From positions 1 through 64,000 of the forward strand of contig CANQKD010000008.1 of NCBI GenBank assembly GCA_947624375.1: a stretch of DNA of 64,000 nt. Direction: 5' to 3'. This document shows, in pieces, positions 1 to 8,730 of the stretch. The DNA comes from an uncultured Clostridia bacterium. GTDB taxonomy: Bacteria; Bacillota; Clostridia; Oscillospirales; Ruminococcaceae. Under the pieces are notes generated by a model. The model worked only from the letters and a program-made list of their open reading frames with translations, searched no databases and was not told the origin of the DNA. Numbering within the stretch: position 1 is the stretch's first letter; the number at the start of each line of letters is the position of its first letter. The translations under genes were made by a program, and so were the position numbers.

Positions 1-19
1 AAAGAGCTATGCGCTACAA

Positions 20-540
20 CTAGGGAACGCACAGCTGCTAGAGGTTAGAGGTAAGAAGTTAGAGGTTAGAAACGGTTGTGCTCATTTTGAGCAAAGCCGT
101 TCTTTCTGCGGTTTATATCCAGAGGCAAGAAGCAAGAATTTGCTTATATATAGCTTTGCGCTAACTTATCAAAATGCTCGTCTTGCCTCTTGCTTCTAAT
201 CATCTTGCTTCTAATACCTACCCACCACTTTAACAACAGAAAGAATATAGCTGTAAGAATATTCTGCCAGCTATATTCTTTGTGGCGGATTGTGGGAGGG
301 ATATATTCTATTTCAATAATAATCTTATAATTAGCAGTACAGATAAGCCCTAATTTCTTGCCTCTTGCCTCTAGTTTTCTTGCTTCTGATACCCACAAAC
401 CACCCAACTTAAAAGAAATTTGATAGAAGAATATTCTGCCGACGAACTTCTTTGGGAGGCTAGGGTGAGGGGATTAGATTTAAGATTATTAGAGGTAAAA
501 TGTGCGGTATTTTCGCTTCGTTTGGCGTTCCATAATGGAA
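20..540. repeat. Mosaic intergenic repeat locus 1. It holds purine-rich 'agagg(c/t)(a/t)agaag' motifs in both orientations (38-76, 121-137, rc 181-213, rc 351-392) and two ~90-nt units of a 'ccaccc...gaagaatattctgc...ttctttg...gggagggtgagggg' hairpin element (214-305, 392-475)
   Basis: Read directly from the sequence. The same motifs recur at 42358-42840. Unit 1 has nested palindromes: agaatatagctg / cagctatattct around the self-palindromic agaatattct. Confidence 0.6.
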
Positions 541-895
541 CGCGGCAAAAGAGCATAGGTCTTTTTAAAGGAAAATCCCTCTCTTGCAGGGATTTTCCTC
601 TTGTGAAATAGTCCACCGGACTATTTCACAATTCACCTTTTGCGGAGCGCATGCTGTGTTTGTGGGGCTTTGCCCCACACCCCACGACCCTTTTGAAAAA
701 GGGTCGATCGAAAACTTTTAGTTTCTTGACAGGGCTTAATACTTTTGCGTACTGTGGATAGCAAAGGAAAAAAGCCCGTCACACCGTAAGGTGTGCGCCG
801 CCGACCGTTTTTGGCGGCGAGGGATTTTTTCTGCACTTGAACGACTGCTTGCAGGCGTTCAATGTGTGAGCTCCGCAGGCTTGCGCGACAGCGCA
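527..895. repeat. Palindromic-unit block A, copy 1. In order: gcgttccataatggaacgc; aggaaaatccctctcttgcagggattttcct; gtgaaatagtccaccggactatttcac; ggggctttgcccc; gacccttttgaaaaagggtc; then a TTGACA-containing 3' tail
   Basis: All hairpins can be read as perfect inverted repeats. The block is near-identical to 28501-29005, where the first ~105 nt are present as the exact reverse complement. Confidence 0.65.
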
Positions 896-899
896 ACAA

Positions 900-1676
900 T
901 CACGCCAGCTGCTCTTCCTTGTAATTGAGCCGTATCTTATCCGTTATCAGCGCGATGAACTCGCTGTTGGTGGGCTTGCCCTTGTTCGCGTTTATCGTGT
1001 ATCCGAAGTACGTGTTCAGCGTGTCAAGGTCGCCCCTGTCCCATGCTATCTCGATCGCGTGCCGTATCGCCCTCTCAACTCGCGAAGATGTCGTGTTGAA
1101 CTTTTTTGCAACAGTAGGGTAGAGCACTTTGGTTATGCTGTCAAGCATATCAACATCATGAACACTGAGCATTATCGCCTCTCGCAGATAGTGATACCCC
1201 TTTATGTGCGCAGGCACGCCTATTTTGTGTATTATGTCCGTAACTACTATCTCCAGACTGTATACCTTGCCGACTGCCGCCGGGTCTGAAATATCGCCTC
1301 CTGCGGTTGTGCCAAGCAGACTGTGTATCCTGTCACCGAGTATCGCGTAGTCAAACGGCTTGAGCATATACAAAGCCGCGCCCTCCTGCAATACAGACTT
1401 CTCAATAAAAGAATTGGGGTAGCTTGCCGTAACGATAAACATCGGCTTTTTGTAGCCCGAGCGGTTTATTTTCTTCAAAAGCTCAATGGCATCAATACCG
1501 GGCATCGAGGCATCAATTATCGCAACATCGGGCGTTTCGTCCTTTATCGCCTCGTAGATAACGTTGCCGTCGCTCACCCGAGTGATGACATAAAACCCCT
1601 GACTGCGAAGCATATTCGCGCATACGCCGCTTTCACTGCTTTCATCACCGATAAGAATTTTGATCTTACTGTTCAT
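900..1676 (-). CDS. spo0A: Sporulation master regulator Spo0A (receiver domain plus Spo0A C-terminal DNA-binding domain)
   Basis: 258 aa. The N-terminal CheY-like receiver has D-rich phospho-acceptor pockets. The C-terminus carries the Spo0A_C signature [20 protein letters not shown]...[24 protein letters not shown] lies upstream. Confidence 0.85.
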   Translation of the reverse strand: MNSKIKILIGDESSESGVCANMLRSQGFYVITRVSDGNVIYEAIKDETPDVAIIDASMPGIDAIELLKKINRSGYKKPMFIVTASYPNSFIEKSVLQEGAALYMLKPFDYAILGDRIHSLLGTTAGGDISDPAAVGKVYSLEIVVTDIIHKIGVPAHIKGYHYLREAIMLSVHDVDMLDSITKVLYPTVAKKFNTTSSRVERAIRHAIEIAWDRGDLDTLNTYFGYTINANKGKPTNSEFIALITDKIRLNYKEEQLA

Positions 1677-2038
1677 AGTTGTCGTCCTCCATTTGTTTTT
1701 TTGAGTGTTTTCAGTCTCTTACCATATATTACCATATTATACCACAAAATGCAATAGCAAAAGCCGTAAACTTTCAAAAAACTTTTCGACAAATATCGAT
1801 CAAGCCGTTATAATGCTTTAGTTCTTGTAATTATTTTATAATACGCCGAAAAAATATTCAAGTACCAAAGATATAACAAAATTCGACAAAATTACTTAAA
1901 AGACACGATAAATCGCCGTTTTAAGCCGTTTCAGCGGTTCTCTCATACAACAAATTGCAGTAAAATAAAACACACCTCACTAAAATAGTGAAGTGCGTTT
2001 TGTGTGGAGCGTGTGTCAGTACATCTATGTCAAGTGCC

Positions 2039-2752
2039 TCAAATGCGTACAACATGTATGCCCGATGCTCCGCAGCTTCCTGCCAGAACCAACGTTTTTG
2101 TGGTAACATCGCTCTCGGGCTTGCCGCTCTCGGTATATTCTCTAAAAACGGTGTGAAGCTCTTTTTTGATGTGCCAGTGGCAGGGTACATACAGCGTTAT
2201 GCCTGCCGCTGTGCTGTTTATGTTCACTACCGCCTCGTTGCCTGCCATATCGGCGTTGTCAAAATAAATCTTAGCGCCCGCGCATGAAACGTTTATGTTC
2301 ACTTCTTTCAGATTTTTTGAACGAATGTACCGCGTGACGCCGTTGCAGCGAGTGTTTATGTTGATTATAGATTCGTCCTCGCTTGTGCTGTCAAAGCTGC
2401 CCACGCCGCCAAAGTGTGCGCTGTTTTTGGTTCTGCTATTGTACCATGAACCTTTCTTCGGAAACAGTATCGTAAAGCCTATCGACAAGAACAGTGCGGT
2501 GAAAAGCGCAGGCCACGGCGTGAATTTTTCAAGACCCAGCACGTCGTCAAACAGTATCACTATTATAGCCAGCGGAAACATAATGCCTGCAAAGTTGCGT
2601 TTTATCGCGCTGCTTATTATAATAGGTATCAGCAGCAGCGAGAATACCGCGCTGAATATGCTTATGCCCTCTATCACGCCCGTGTAGTAGAGTATCAGCA
2701 GAAGACCTGCGGCAATGAACATTGTACCCCAGTAGTATTTTTTTGCTTTCAT
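2039..2752 (-). CDS. Membrane protein with 4-5 N-terminal TM helices and a beta-rich C-terminal domain. It is a putative partner of the adjacent LytTR regulator (LiaF/DUF2154-like)
   Basis: 237 aa ORF with a hydrophobic N-terminus and a repetitive C-terminal domain of the VNINV / ITLYV type. It sits 6 nt from the upstream LytTR gene. Confidence 0.5.
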   Translation of the reverse strand: MKAKKYYWGTMFIAAGLLLILYYTGVIEGISIFSAVFSLLLIPIIISSAIKRNFAGIMFPLAIIVILFDDVLGLEKFTPWPALFTALFLSIGFTILFPKKGSWYNSRTKNSAHFGGVGSFDSTSEDESIININTRCNGVTRYIRSKNLKEVNINVSCAGAKIYFDNADMAGNEAVVNINSTAAGITLYVPCHWHIKKELHTVFREYTESGKPESDVTTKTLVLAGSCGASGIHVVRI

Positions 2753-2758
2753 AAAAAT

Positions 2759-3229
2759 TTACCTGCCTTTCTGAAAATTCTCGTCCAGCCGCTGCTTGAA
2801 TGCCTTGTAGTAGCTGCGAGAAACGTATACCTGCTTGTGCGAGCCCTCAAACTTTACCAGACTTGACGAGGTTATGTTTTTCTCTATTGAGTATATCTTC
2901 GAGGTGTTTATTATCGTGGACTTGGATATCCTGATAAAGTTGTGCGGCAAAACGTCCTCCAGTTCGTAAAGCCGCAGTTTTATCTGAAAAATATCGTCAG
3001 CCGTGTGTGCATCTATCACCGAACCGCTCGTTTCAAAGAAAAGCACCTGATCTAAACCTATGAAAAACTCCGTGTTGTCTTTGAAAAACGACAGCCGCAG
3101 TTTGCCGTCATGCTCAGATATTTTCTTTTGCAGAGCCGTAACGCTCTCGTCAAGCTCGCGGCAGCGTATTATGACTTCGTTTTCCTGCAAGCTGTCATCA
3201 AGCTGTATCGTAACTTTCACGGCGTCCAC
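2759..3229 (-). CDS. LytTR-family DNA-binding protein (stand-alone, no receiver domain)
   Basis: 156 aa. The C-terminal motif FIRISKSTIINTSKI...VYVSRSY is typical of LytTR domains. Confidence 0.7.
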   Translation of the reverse strand: MDAVKVTIQLDDSLQENEVIIRCRELDESVTALQKKISEHDGKLRLSFFKDNTEFFIGLDQVLFFETSGSVIDAHTADDIFQIKLRLYELEDVLPHNFIRISKSTIINTSKIYSIEKNITSSSLVKFEGSHKQVYVSRSYYKAFKQRLDENFQKGR

Positions 3230-3404
3230 TCCCTCGCTCTGATAATAATATACACCAAGCCCTCAAAAAAGTAAATAGCTTTTAACTAACAGGTGAATTT
3301 TTAGACCTAAGAGGTAAATTTTATCTATCTAGATGTTATCATAAAAGTGAAGAAAAATCAAGTGCAAAAAATAAGCGACGGATCTTCTCCGCCGCCTGTG
3401 TTGT

Positions 3405-4001
3405 TTACTTGTCAAAGCTGGGGTTGAATGCATAGAAGTTTTTGGAGTCCAGCATATCCTGCACCATGCGCAAGCCCTCGCCGAAGCGCTGGAAGTGCAC
3501 TACCTCGCGCTCACGCAGAAACTTTATCGGCTCTCTTACGTCCGGGTCGTCAATAAGGCGAAGCAGATTATCATAGGTAAGGCGAGCTTTCTGCTCTGCG
3601 GCAAGGTCTTCTGAAAGATCGGCTATCGCATCGCCCGTAGACTGGAATATGCTTGCCGAGAATGGCACGCCCGTGGCAGCAACAGGGTAAATGCCCGTTG
3701 TGTGGTCTACAAAATATGCGTCAAAACCGCCCTCGCGTATCTCCTTTTCTGAAAGATCTCTCGTCAGCTGGAAAACTATCGCGCTTATCATCTCCATGTG
3801 GCCAAGCTCCTCTGTACCTATGTCGGTAAGTATGCCTTGCACCTCGCGGCAGGGGGCAGAGTAGCGCTGGCTGAGATACCGCAGCGACGCGCCAAGTTCA
3901 CCGTCAGGACCGCCCAGCTGCGTGATAATAAGCTTTGCAAGAGCAGGGTCGGGGTTCTTGATGTTTACAGGGTGTTCAAGCAGCTTCTGATATTTCCACA
4001 T
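3405..4001 (-). CDS. cotJC: Spore coat protein CotJC (manganese-catalase family)
   Basis: The start has been trimmed to MWKYQKLLEHP, which is the typical CotJC N-terminus. Ferritin-like Mn-catalase motifs are present (ELGHMEMI, REVVHF). It immediately follows cotJB. Confidence 0.85.
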   Translation of the reverse strand: MWKYQKLLEHPVNIKNPDPALAKLIITQLGGPDGELGASLRYLSQRYSAPCREVQGILTDIGTEELGHMEMISAIVFQLTRDLSEKEIREGGFDAYFVDHTTGIYPVAATGVPFSASIFQSTGDAIADLSEDLAAEQKARLTYDNLLRLIDDPDVREPIKFLREREVVHFQRFGEGLRMVQDMLDSKNFYAFNPSFDK

Positions 4002-4264
4002 TAGTTTTCGCTCCTTTCCCAAGGGAACGCGGTGGTAGCCCACGTCCACTTTTTCTCGTCATCGCAAACGCCCATAGCGGTGAGCGGACCGTAAGTTTTT
4101 TCGTATTCTGCTACTGCTTTTTCAAGCATAGCCTTGTGCTTGCGGTAGTATTCAAGACCATCGGGGCAGTTGGGGTGGCTGTCAAGATACAGAATAACAT
4201 CTGTCAGAGTAAACTCGCAAGCCTGGATCTTCTTCTGCATAAGCTGTTTGTCAGAGAGTGCCAT
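4001..4264 (-). CDS. cotJB: Spore coat protein CotJB
   Basis: 87 aa starting from MALSDKQLMQKK. It lies between cotJA and cotJC and has the conserved CotJB-like DSHPNCPDGLEYY region. Confidence 0.8.
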   Translation of the reverse strand: MALSDKQLMQKKIQACEFTLTDVILYLDSHPNCPDGLEYYRKHKAMLEKAVAEYEKTYGPLTAMGVCDDEKKWTWATTAFPWERSEN

Positions 4265-4499
4265 GCTTTGCAGCCTCCTTTCCGATGAACGGCAGATCAA
4301 GGCAGGGGAATATCGTGCCCCTCGTCAGCGCAAGATCGTCATCATACGGTGTTTCCCATTTCTGATAAGGCACATACATCATGCCTATAGGTGTGCTTGC
4401 AGGAAACTTCGATACAGGCTCCGGGCAGGGAGCGGCGGCATCTTCGGTGTCCTGCCTGCTAAATAGCTTTTTGGTTATTTCAGCAGCGTTTATGTCCAT
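4251..4499 (-). CDS. cotJA: Spore coat protein CotJA
   Basis: 82 aa starting from MDINAAE. The PYVPYQ...TIFP.LD.PF motif is present. A strong RBS (aaggagga) precedes the ATG; the upstream part of the longer ORF-track call is unsupported. Confidence 0.8.
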   Translation of the reverse strand: MDINAAEITKKLFSRQDTEDAAAPCPEPVSKFPASTPIGMMYVPYQKWETPYDDDLALTRGTIFPCLDLPFIGKEAAKHGTL

Positions 4500-4689
4500 T
4501 GTGTTTCCTCCTTGTGAAATGTTCGCCCTAAATAAGGCTAAAGTATAATATGTCATAAACGGGCGAAACGTGCAGGTGTATATATATTCACATATATAAA
4601 AATATTTTAAAAAGCCCTTGATTTTTGAGAAAGGATATGTTATAATACTGACGTATGTGAATGTTTTAAAGAAACCGGAGGGTAAGTAA

Positions 4690-4947
4690 ATGGGCATAGT
4701 TGAGTTTATAATGGGCGTGCTTCTTTTGATATCATGCCTTATAATAGTTGTTGTAGTCCTCATGCAGGACAGCAAAGACCAGGGGCTCACATCTGCAATA
4801 GGCGGCGGCTCTTCCGATACGTTCTTCAACAAGAACGAGTCGCGCACAAAAGAGGCAAGGCTCAACAGATGGACAAAATTCGCGGCATTTCTGTTTTTTG
4901 CAATAACACTTGCGGTAAACATAATAATACCGTTCTTGCATAAGTAA
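4690..4947 (+). CDS. secG: Preprotein translocase subunit SecG
   Basis: 85 aa with two TM helices and the SecG-type central GGGSS..F motif. Confidence 0.85.
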   Translation: MGIVEFIMGVLLLISCLIIVVVVLMQDSKDQGLTSAIGGGSSDTFFNKNESRTKEARLNRWTKFAAFLFFAITLAVNIIIPFLHK

Positions 4948-4955
4948 AAGATACA

Positions 4956-6251
4956 ATGTCAGACAAGCCCATGCACCTAAGCAGAGGGCTTGTATTTATT
5001 TTAAGGGAGGAAAGCGGCGTGGCTTACAGCGAGCTTATAAAGAATTTTGAGAAAATACGCAGCTACATGAGGGATTTTTATGTTTACGGCTTTAAGAGCC
5101 GCGACGACTATACCCAGAAAAGCGCGCGTTCATATGACGACGAGCGCCGCAGGATAGAGAGCTGGCTGGGCGACTGCATGGGCTTTCGGCAGACATCGGG
5201 CGGCAAAAACGTTTTTATATCTATAGACAGCCGACTGCAAAGGAGCAATCCGCTTTACAGAGCGTGGAAATCATGCAGCTTTACAGACGGCGATATAACG
5301 CTGCATTTTTTTATATTTGATATTCTTTATTCGCCCGAGGTCAGATGCTCTATGGCTGAAATTCACGAGGGCATAGAAAAGCGGCAGCAGCTGTTTTTGC
5401 AGGCAAGAGTGTTCGATGAATCCACCATACGCAAAAAGCTCAAGGAGTACGAAGCGCAAGGTATTGTAAAAAAAGAAAAAGTCGGTCATACGGTGCTTTA
5501 CAGCCGCTGTGAGAGCTGCGACTTTGACTTTCCCGATGCGCTTATGTTCTTCTCCGAGATCGCCCCGTGCGGCGTTATAGGCTCTTTTCTGCTGGATAAG
5601 CTGCCCACGATGCAAACGCCTTTTGCATTCAAGCACCATTATATTACCCATACTCTTGACAGCGATATTCTTTGCAGCCTGTTTGACGCCATAGACCGCC
5701 GATGCAGCGTTACGCTCGAGGTGCTAAACAGAAGAAAAACGCCGTTCACCATAACCACACTGCCGCTGAAGATATTTATAAGCGTGCAAAACGGCAGGCA
5801 GTACCTTATGTCTTACAGCGAGTATAACGGCAGGATTTTTTCCACAAGGCTTGATAATATTTTGTCCGTCAAGCCAGGCGATGTGTGCGAAAATTTTGAA
5901 GAGCACAGACAAAAGCTCGAAGATATGCAGCAGAATCTGTGGGGCGTAAGCACGGGCAGAGGCGGCAAAGTGCATATCGAGTTCACCGTGCGCTGCGTAA
6001 AAGGCGAGGAGTATATATTTGACAGAATGATGCGCGAAAAACGCTGCGGCAATGTTGTGCGGCTCGATGAAAACACCTGCCGCTTTTCAGCAGATGTTTA
6101 CGATGCAGGCGAGCTGGTGCCGTGGATACGCACGTTCATCTGCCGCATAACCCAGCTGAAATGCACGAATGAAGAAATAGTGCAGAGATTCAAAGAAGAC
6201 TTACAGCAGATGTACCGCCTTTACGGCATAAAAGAGGAGGCGCTCGTATGA
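4956..6251 (+). CDS. Putative transcriptional regulator: N-terminal winged HTH, central WYL-like domain and C-terminal WCX-like extension (paralogue A of a pair)
   Basis: 431 aa. The domain order resembles PafB/PafC, BrxR and CapW-type WYL regulators. Its stop overlaps the next gene's start (ATGA), so the two are translationally coupled. Confidence 0.5.
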   Translation: MSDKPMHLSRGLVFILREESGVAYSELIKNFEKIRSYMRDFYVYGFKSRDDYTQKSARSYDDERRRIESWLGDCMGFRQTSGGKNVFISIDSRLQRSNPLYRAWKSCSFTDGDITLHFFIFDILYSPEVRCSMAEIHEGIEKRQQLFLQARVFDESTIRKKLKEYEAQGIVKKEKVGHTVLYSRCESCDFDFPDALMFFSEIAPCGVIGSFLLDKLPTMQTPFAFKHHYITHTLDSDILCSLFDAIDRRCSVTLEVLNRRKTPFTITTLPLKIFISVQNGRQYLMSYSEYNGRIFSTRLDNILSVKPGDVCENFEEHRQKLEDMQQNLWGVSTGRGGKVHIEFTVRCVKGEEYIFDRMMREKRCGNVVRLDENTCRFSADVYDAGELVPWIRTFICRITQLKCTNEEIVQRFKEDLQQMYRLYGIKEEALV

Positions 6252-7156
6252 TTTTCAGCGAACTTTACGGTACATATTATAACGCAGTTGCAAAAATACT
6301 CAGCGCCGCCGTTGAAAGAGATGTGCCGCTTGCACAAATGCGAGAGATAATACGCTCGGCGGCGTTTGAAGAAAGCGTTTTTGAAATTGAGCCTGCAATA
6401 ACATCTCAGCGGTGGAATTTGATCTCAAAAGACGGCAAAACAAACATCGAGCACAAGCCAACCATGCCGCTGACCAGCTTGCAAAAACGCTGGCTGAAAG
6501 CAATATCTCTTGATAAGCGCATAAAGCTTTTTGATGTGAAGTTTGAAGGTCTTGAAGATGTTCAGCCGCTTTTCAGACCGGAAGATATCTGCGTTTTTGA
6601 CAGATATTCGGACGGCGACGACTACGAAAACGAGCAGTATATAAAAAACTTCCGCGTGGTGCTCGATGCCGTTAAAAATAACTACCCTCTTAAAATAAAG
6701 TATGTTGACCGCCGCGGCTATGCAAGCTTTATCGCGGCACGGCCTCTGCGGCTGGAGTATTCGGAAAAGGACGATAAATTCAGGCTGTATATCAGCGGCA
6801 GCAGGGGAATGAGCACTATCAACCTGGGCAGAGCGGAAAAGTGCGAAAGGCTCTCTGAAAATGTAAGCTTTACAGAGAAGAAGACATCGCCTGTTTCAAG
6901 AAATGTGACCATAGAGCTTGTAGATGAGCGCAATGCTCTGGAGAGGGTGATGCTGCACTTTGCGCATTTTGAAAAGCAAGCCGAGCGCATCGACGACACG
7001 CATTACCGCCTTACCATTACTTATGACGGCGACGACGAGAACGAAATGGTGATAAGGCTTTTATCGTTCGGACCGTTTGTAAAGGTAGTGCAGCCCGAAA
7101 GATTTGCAGAGCTTATCAAAGACAGACTATACAGACAACTTGACTGCGGACTGTAA
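6248..7156 (+). CDS. WYL-domain transcriptional regulator (paralogue B)
   Basis: 302 aa. Central KFRLYISGSRG...INLGRAEKCERL resembles the WYL core. The C-terminus RLLSFGPFVKVVQPERFAELIKDRL matches the canonical WCX tail (l.fGp.v.VleP..LRe). Confidence 0.55.
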   Translation: MIFSELYGTYYNAVAKILSAAVERDVPLAQMREIIRSAAFEESVFEIEPAITSQRWNLISKDGKTNIEHKPTMPLTSLQKRWLKAISLDKRIKLFDVKFEGLEDVQPLFRPEDICVFDRYSDGDDYENEQYIKNFRVVLDAVKNNYPLKIKYVDRRGYASFIAARPLRLEYSEKDDKFRLYISGSRGMSTINLGRAEKCERLSENVSFTEKKTSPVSRNVTIELVDERNALERVMLHFAHFEKQAERIDDTHYRLTITYDGDDENEMVIRLLSFGPFVKVVQPERFAELIKDRLYRQLDCGL

Positions 7157-7295
7157 AAAGTTCGCAGCTTTTTTTCCGTGAAAACACTTCTTGAAGATGA
7201 TATACTTATAATTGCTAAAGGGCGTTAAGCTGTAAGCAGGCGATTGAAATTCGCCGCGGTGCGCGTGGCAGTGCCTTTGCGTATGCCGGCTTTCT

Positions 7296-7356
7296 GACCT
7301 GAGGGCTATGGATCAGGGGTCCATCTTTTCGTGAGTTCGAATCTCACTGTATTGCA
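7296..7356 (+). other. tRNA-like fragment. It has a perfect T-arm (gtgag-TTCGAAT-ctcac) and a possible anticodon-like stem (atgga/tccat) but no complementary acceptor stem
   Basis: The GTTCGAATC T-loop consensus lies inside a 5+5 stem. A 6-bp hairpin (gtattg...caatac) follows. The 5' half does not fold as a tRNA. Confidence 0.25.
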
Positions 7357-7620
7357 ATTTAATTACAATACAACCTGTGGCTAGGAATTTATTGGAGCTT
7401 GTCAAAGCAAAACGATCAACAAACGCAGAATTATCGGTCAAAGGTGCAAAACCGCCCAGGGCGGCGCGCCTGAGACAATGTGCGGTAAGCCCTGTACACG
7501 GGCGGATACCGTAAGCGGCGATAAAAGCCAGAGCAAAGTCTTCCGCTTTTATATGCCTCTTGCTGAAACCTATGTCCGCTTGCCGTGCATGATAACTGCA
7601 ACATTTCAAGGAGGAGCATT

Positions 7621-8730
7621 ATGAAAAAAGTAATAATTAACGAAAACGAAAGAGGACTGCTTTTCAAAAACGGCAGATTTGTGGGCGTTCTCAGCGCAGG
7701 CAAATACCATACATACGGCGGAAAAACTATCGAGGTAGTCTCTGCTGATAAGCTGGTATCTTCTGCACACTGCACACTCAACGACCTGCTGAAAAATAAG
7801 CAGCTCGCCCAAATGGTTAAAGTCGTTGAAGTACCTGAGGAGCACATTCTGCTTCACTTTGCTGACGGCAATTTTGCAGGCGCGCTTCTAAGCGGCAGAT
7901 ATGCCTTCTGGGAAAACGGCAGAAAGCGCGAATTTCTTTTAGAAGATATGTCGCAGCCCGAGGTCTCGGATACCGTGCCAGAGTACATATTCCATCTGAA
8001 CAGGCTATCTGCGCAGCTTTACACCAGAGTAGAAGTCGCGCAGTACTGCAAAGCAAGGCTGTACTTTGACAAAAAATTCGTGAGGCTGCTAGAGCCCGGC
8101 ACATACTACTTCTGGCTGAGCAATACGAACGTAGAAGCCGAGCTTGTAGACACCCGTGCCACACAAATGACCATAACCGGTCAGGAAGTGCTGACACAGG
8201 ACAAAGTTTCACTGCGGCTGAATGTGGTCTGCACATACAAAATAACCGACTACATAAAAATACGCACCGAGATAGACGACTACACCGAGCAGATACGCAG
8301 CGCCGCACAGCTTGCCATGCGCGAGTACATCGGCAGAAACAGGCTCGATGATATTCTTGTGAGCAAGGACGACCTTTCAAAGTATGTGTTCGACCGCCTG
8401 AAAGAGCGCGAGAAGGATATGTACGTTGAGTTTTCCGAGGCGGCGGTCAAGGATATCATACTGCCCGGCGAGATACGCGATATAATGAACACCGTGCTCG
8501 TTGCTGAAAAGCGCGCGCAGGCAAACGTTATAACACGCCGTGAGGAAGTTGCTTCGACCAGATCGCTTCTGAACACCGCCAGACTTATGGAGGAGAACCA
8601 GACACTCTACAAGCTCAAAGAGCTGGAGTTTATAGAGCGCATCTGCGAGAACGTTGGCAATATAACCTTAAACGGCAGCGGCGATATCCTCACACAGCTG
8701 GTTTCGCTCACCGGCAAACACAACGGATAA
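7621..8730 (+). CDS. SPFH/band-7 (prohibitin/flotillin-like) domain protein with no obvious TM anchor
   Basis: Start trimmed to MKKVIINE, which has a perfect AAGGAGGAG RBS. The C-terminal 200 aa show the SPFH pattern (QEVLTQDKVSLRLNVVCTYKITD...IRSAAQLAMREYIG). The N-terminal 190 aa look like a duplicated SPFH beta-region. Confidence 0.75.
   Translation: MKKVIINENERGLLFKNGRFVGVLSAGKYHTYGGKTIEVVSADKLVSSAHCTLNDLLKNKQLAQMVKVVEVPEEHILLHFADGNFAGALLSGRYAFWENGRKREFLLEDMSQPEVSDTVPEYIFHLNRLSAQLYTRVEVAQYCKARLYFDKKFVRLLEPGTYYFWLSNTNVEAELVDTRATQMTITGQEVLTQDKVSLRLNVVCTYKITDYIKIRTEIDDYTEQIRSAAQLAMREYIGRNRLDDILVSKDDLSKYVFDRLKEREKDMYVEFSEAAVKDIILPGEIRDIMNTVLVAEKRAQANVITRREEVASTRSLLNTARLMEENQTLYKLKELEFIERICENVGNITLNGSGDILTQLVSLTGKHNG

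Noticed and set aside
1-900. Possible CRISPR array suggested by the dense short repeats at the window start and at 42350-42840
   Set aside because: The repeats are not a regular array of identical direct repeats separated by unique spacers. They are palindromic or mosaic units of different types, and no cas genes are nearby.
1921-2687. Several plus- and minus-strand ORFs of 89-130 aa (1921-2190, 1988-2287, 2295-2687)
   Set aside because: They overlap the 2039-2752 membrane-protein gene on either strand and lack RBSs.
7380-7585. c-di-GMP-I (GEMM) riboswitch upstream of the SPFH gene, suggested by a GCAAAACC box
   Set aside because: The downstream P2/P3 elements (a GNRA tetraloop hairpin and a receptor-containing hairpin with GACGCAAAGCC) cannot be aligned convincingly. 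It is kept only as an unexplained structured leader.
7817-8380. 187-aa Cys/Arg-rich minus-strand ORF
   Set aside because: It is antisense within the SPFH gene and has no translation signals.
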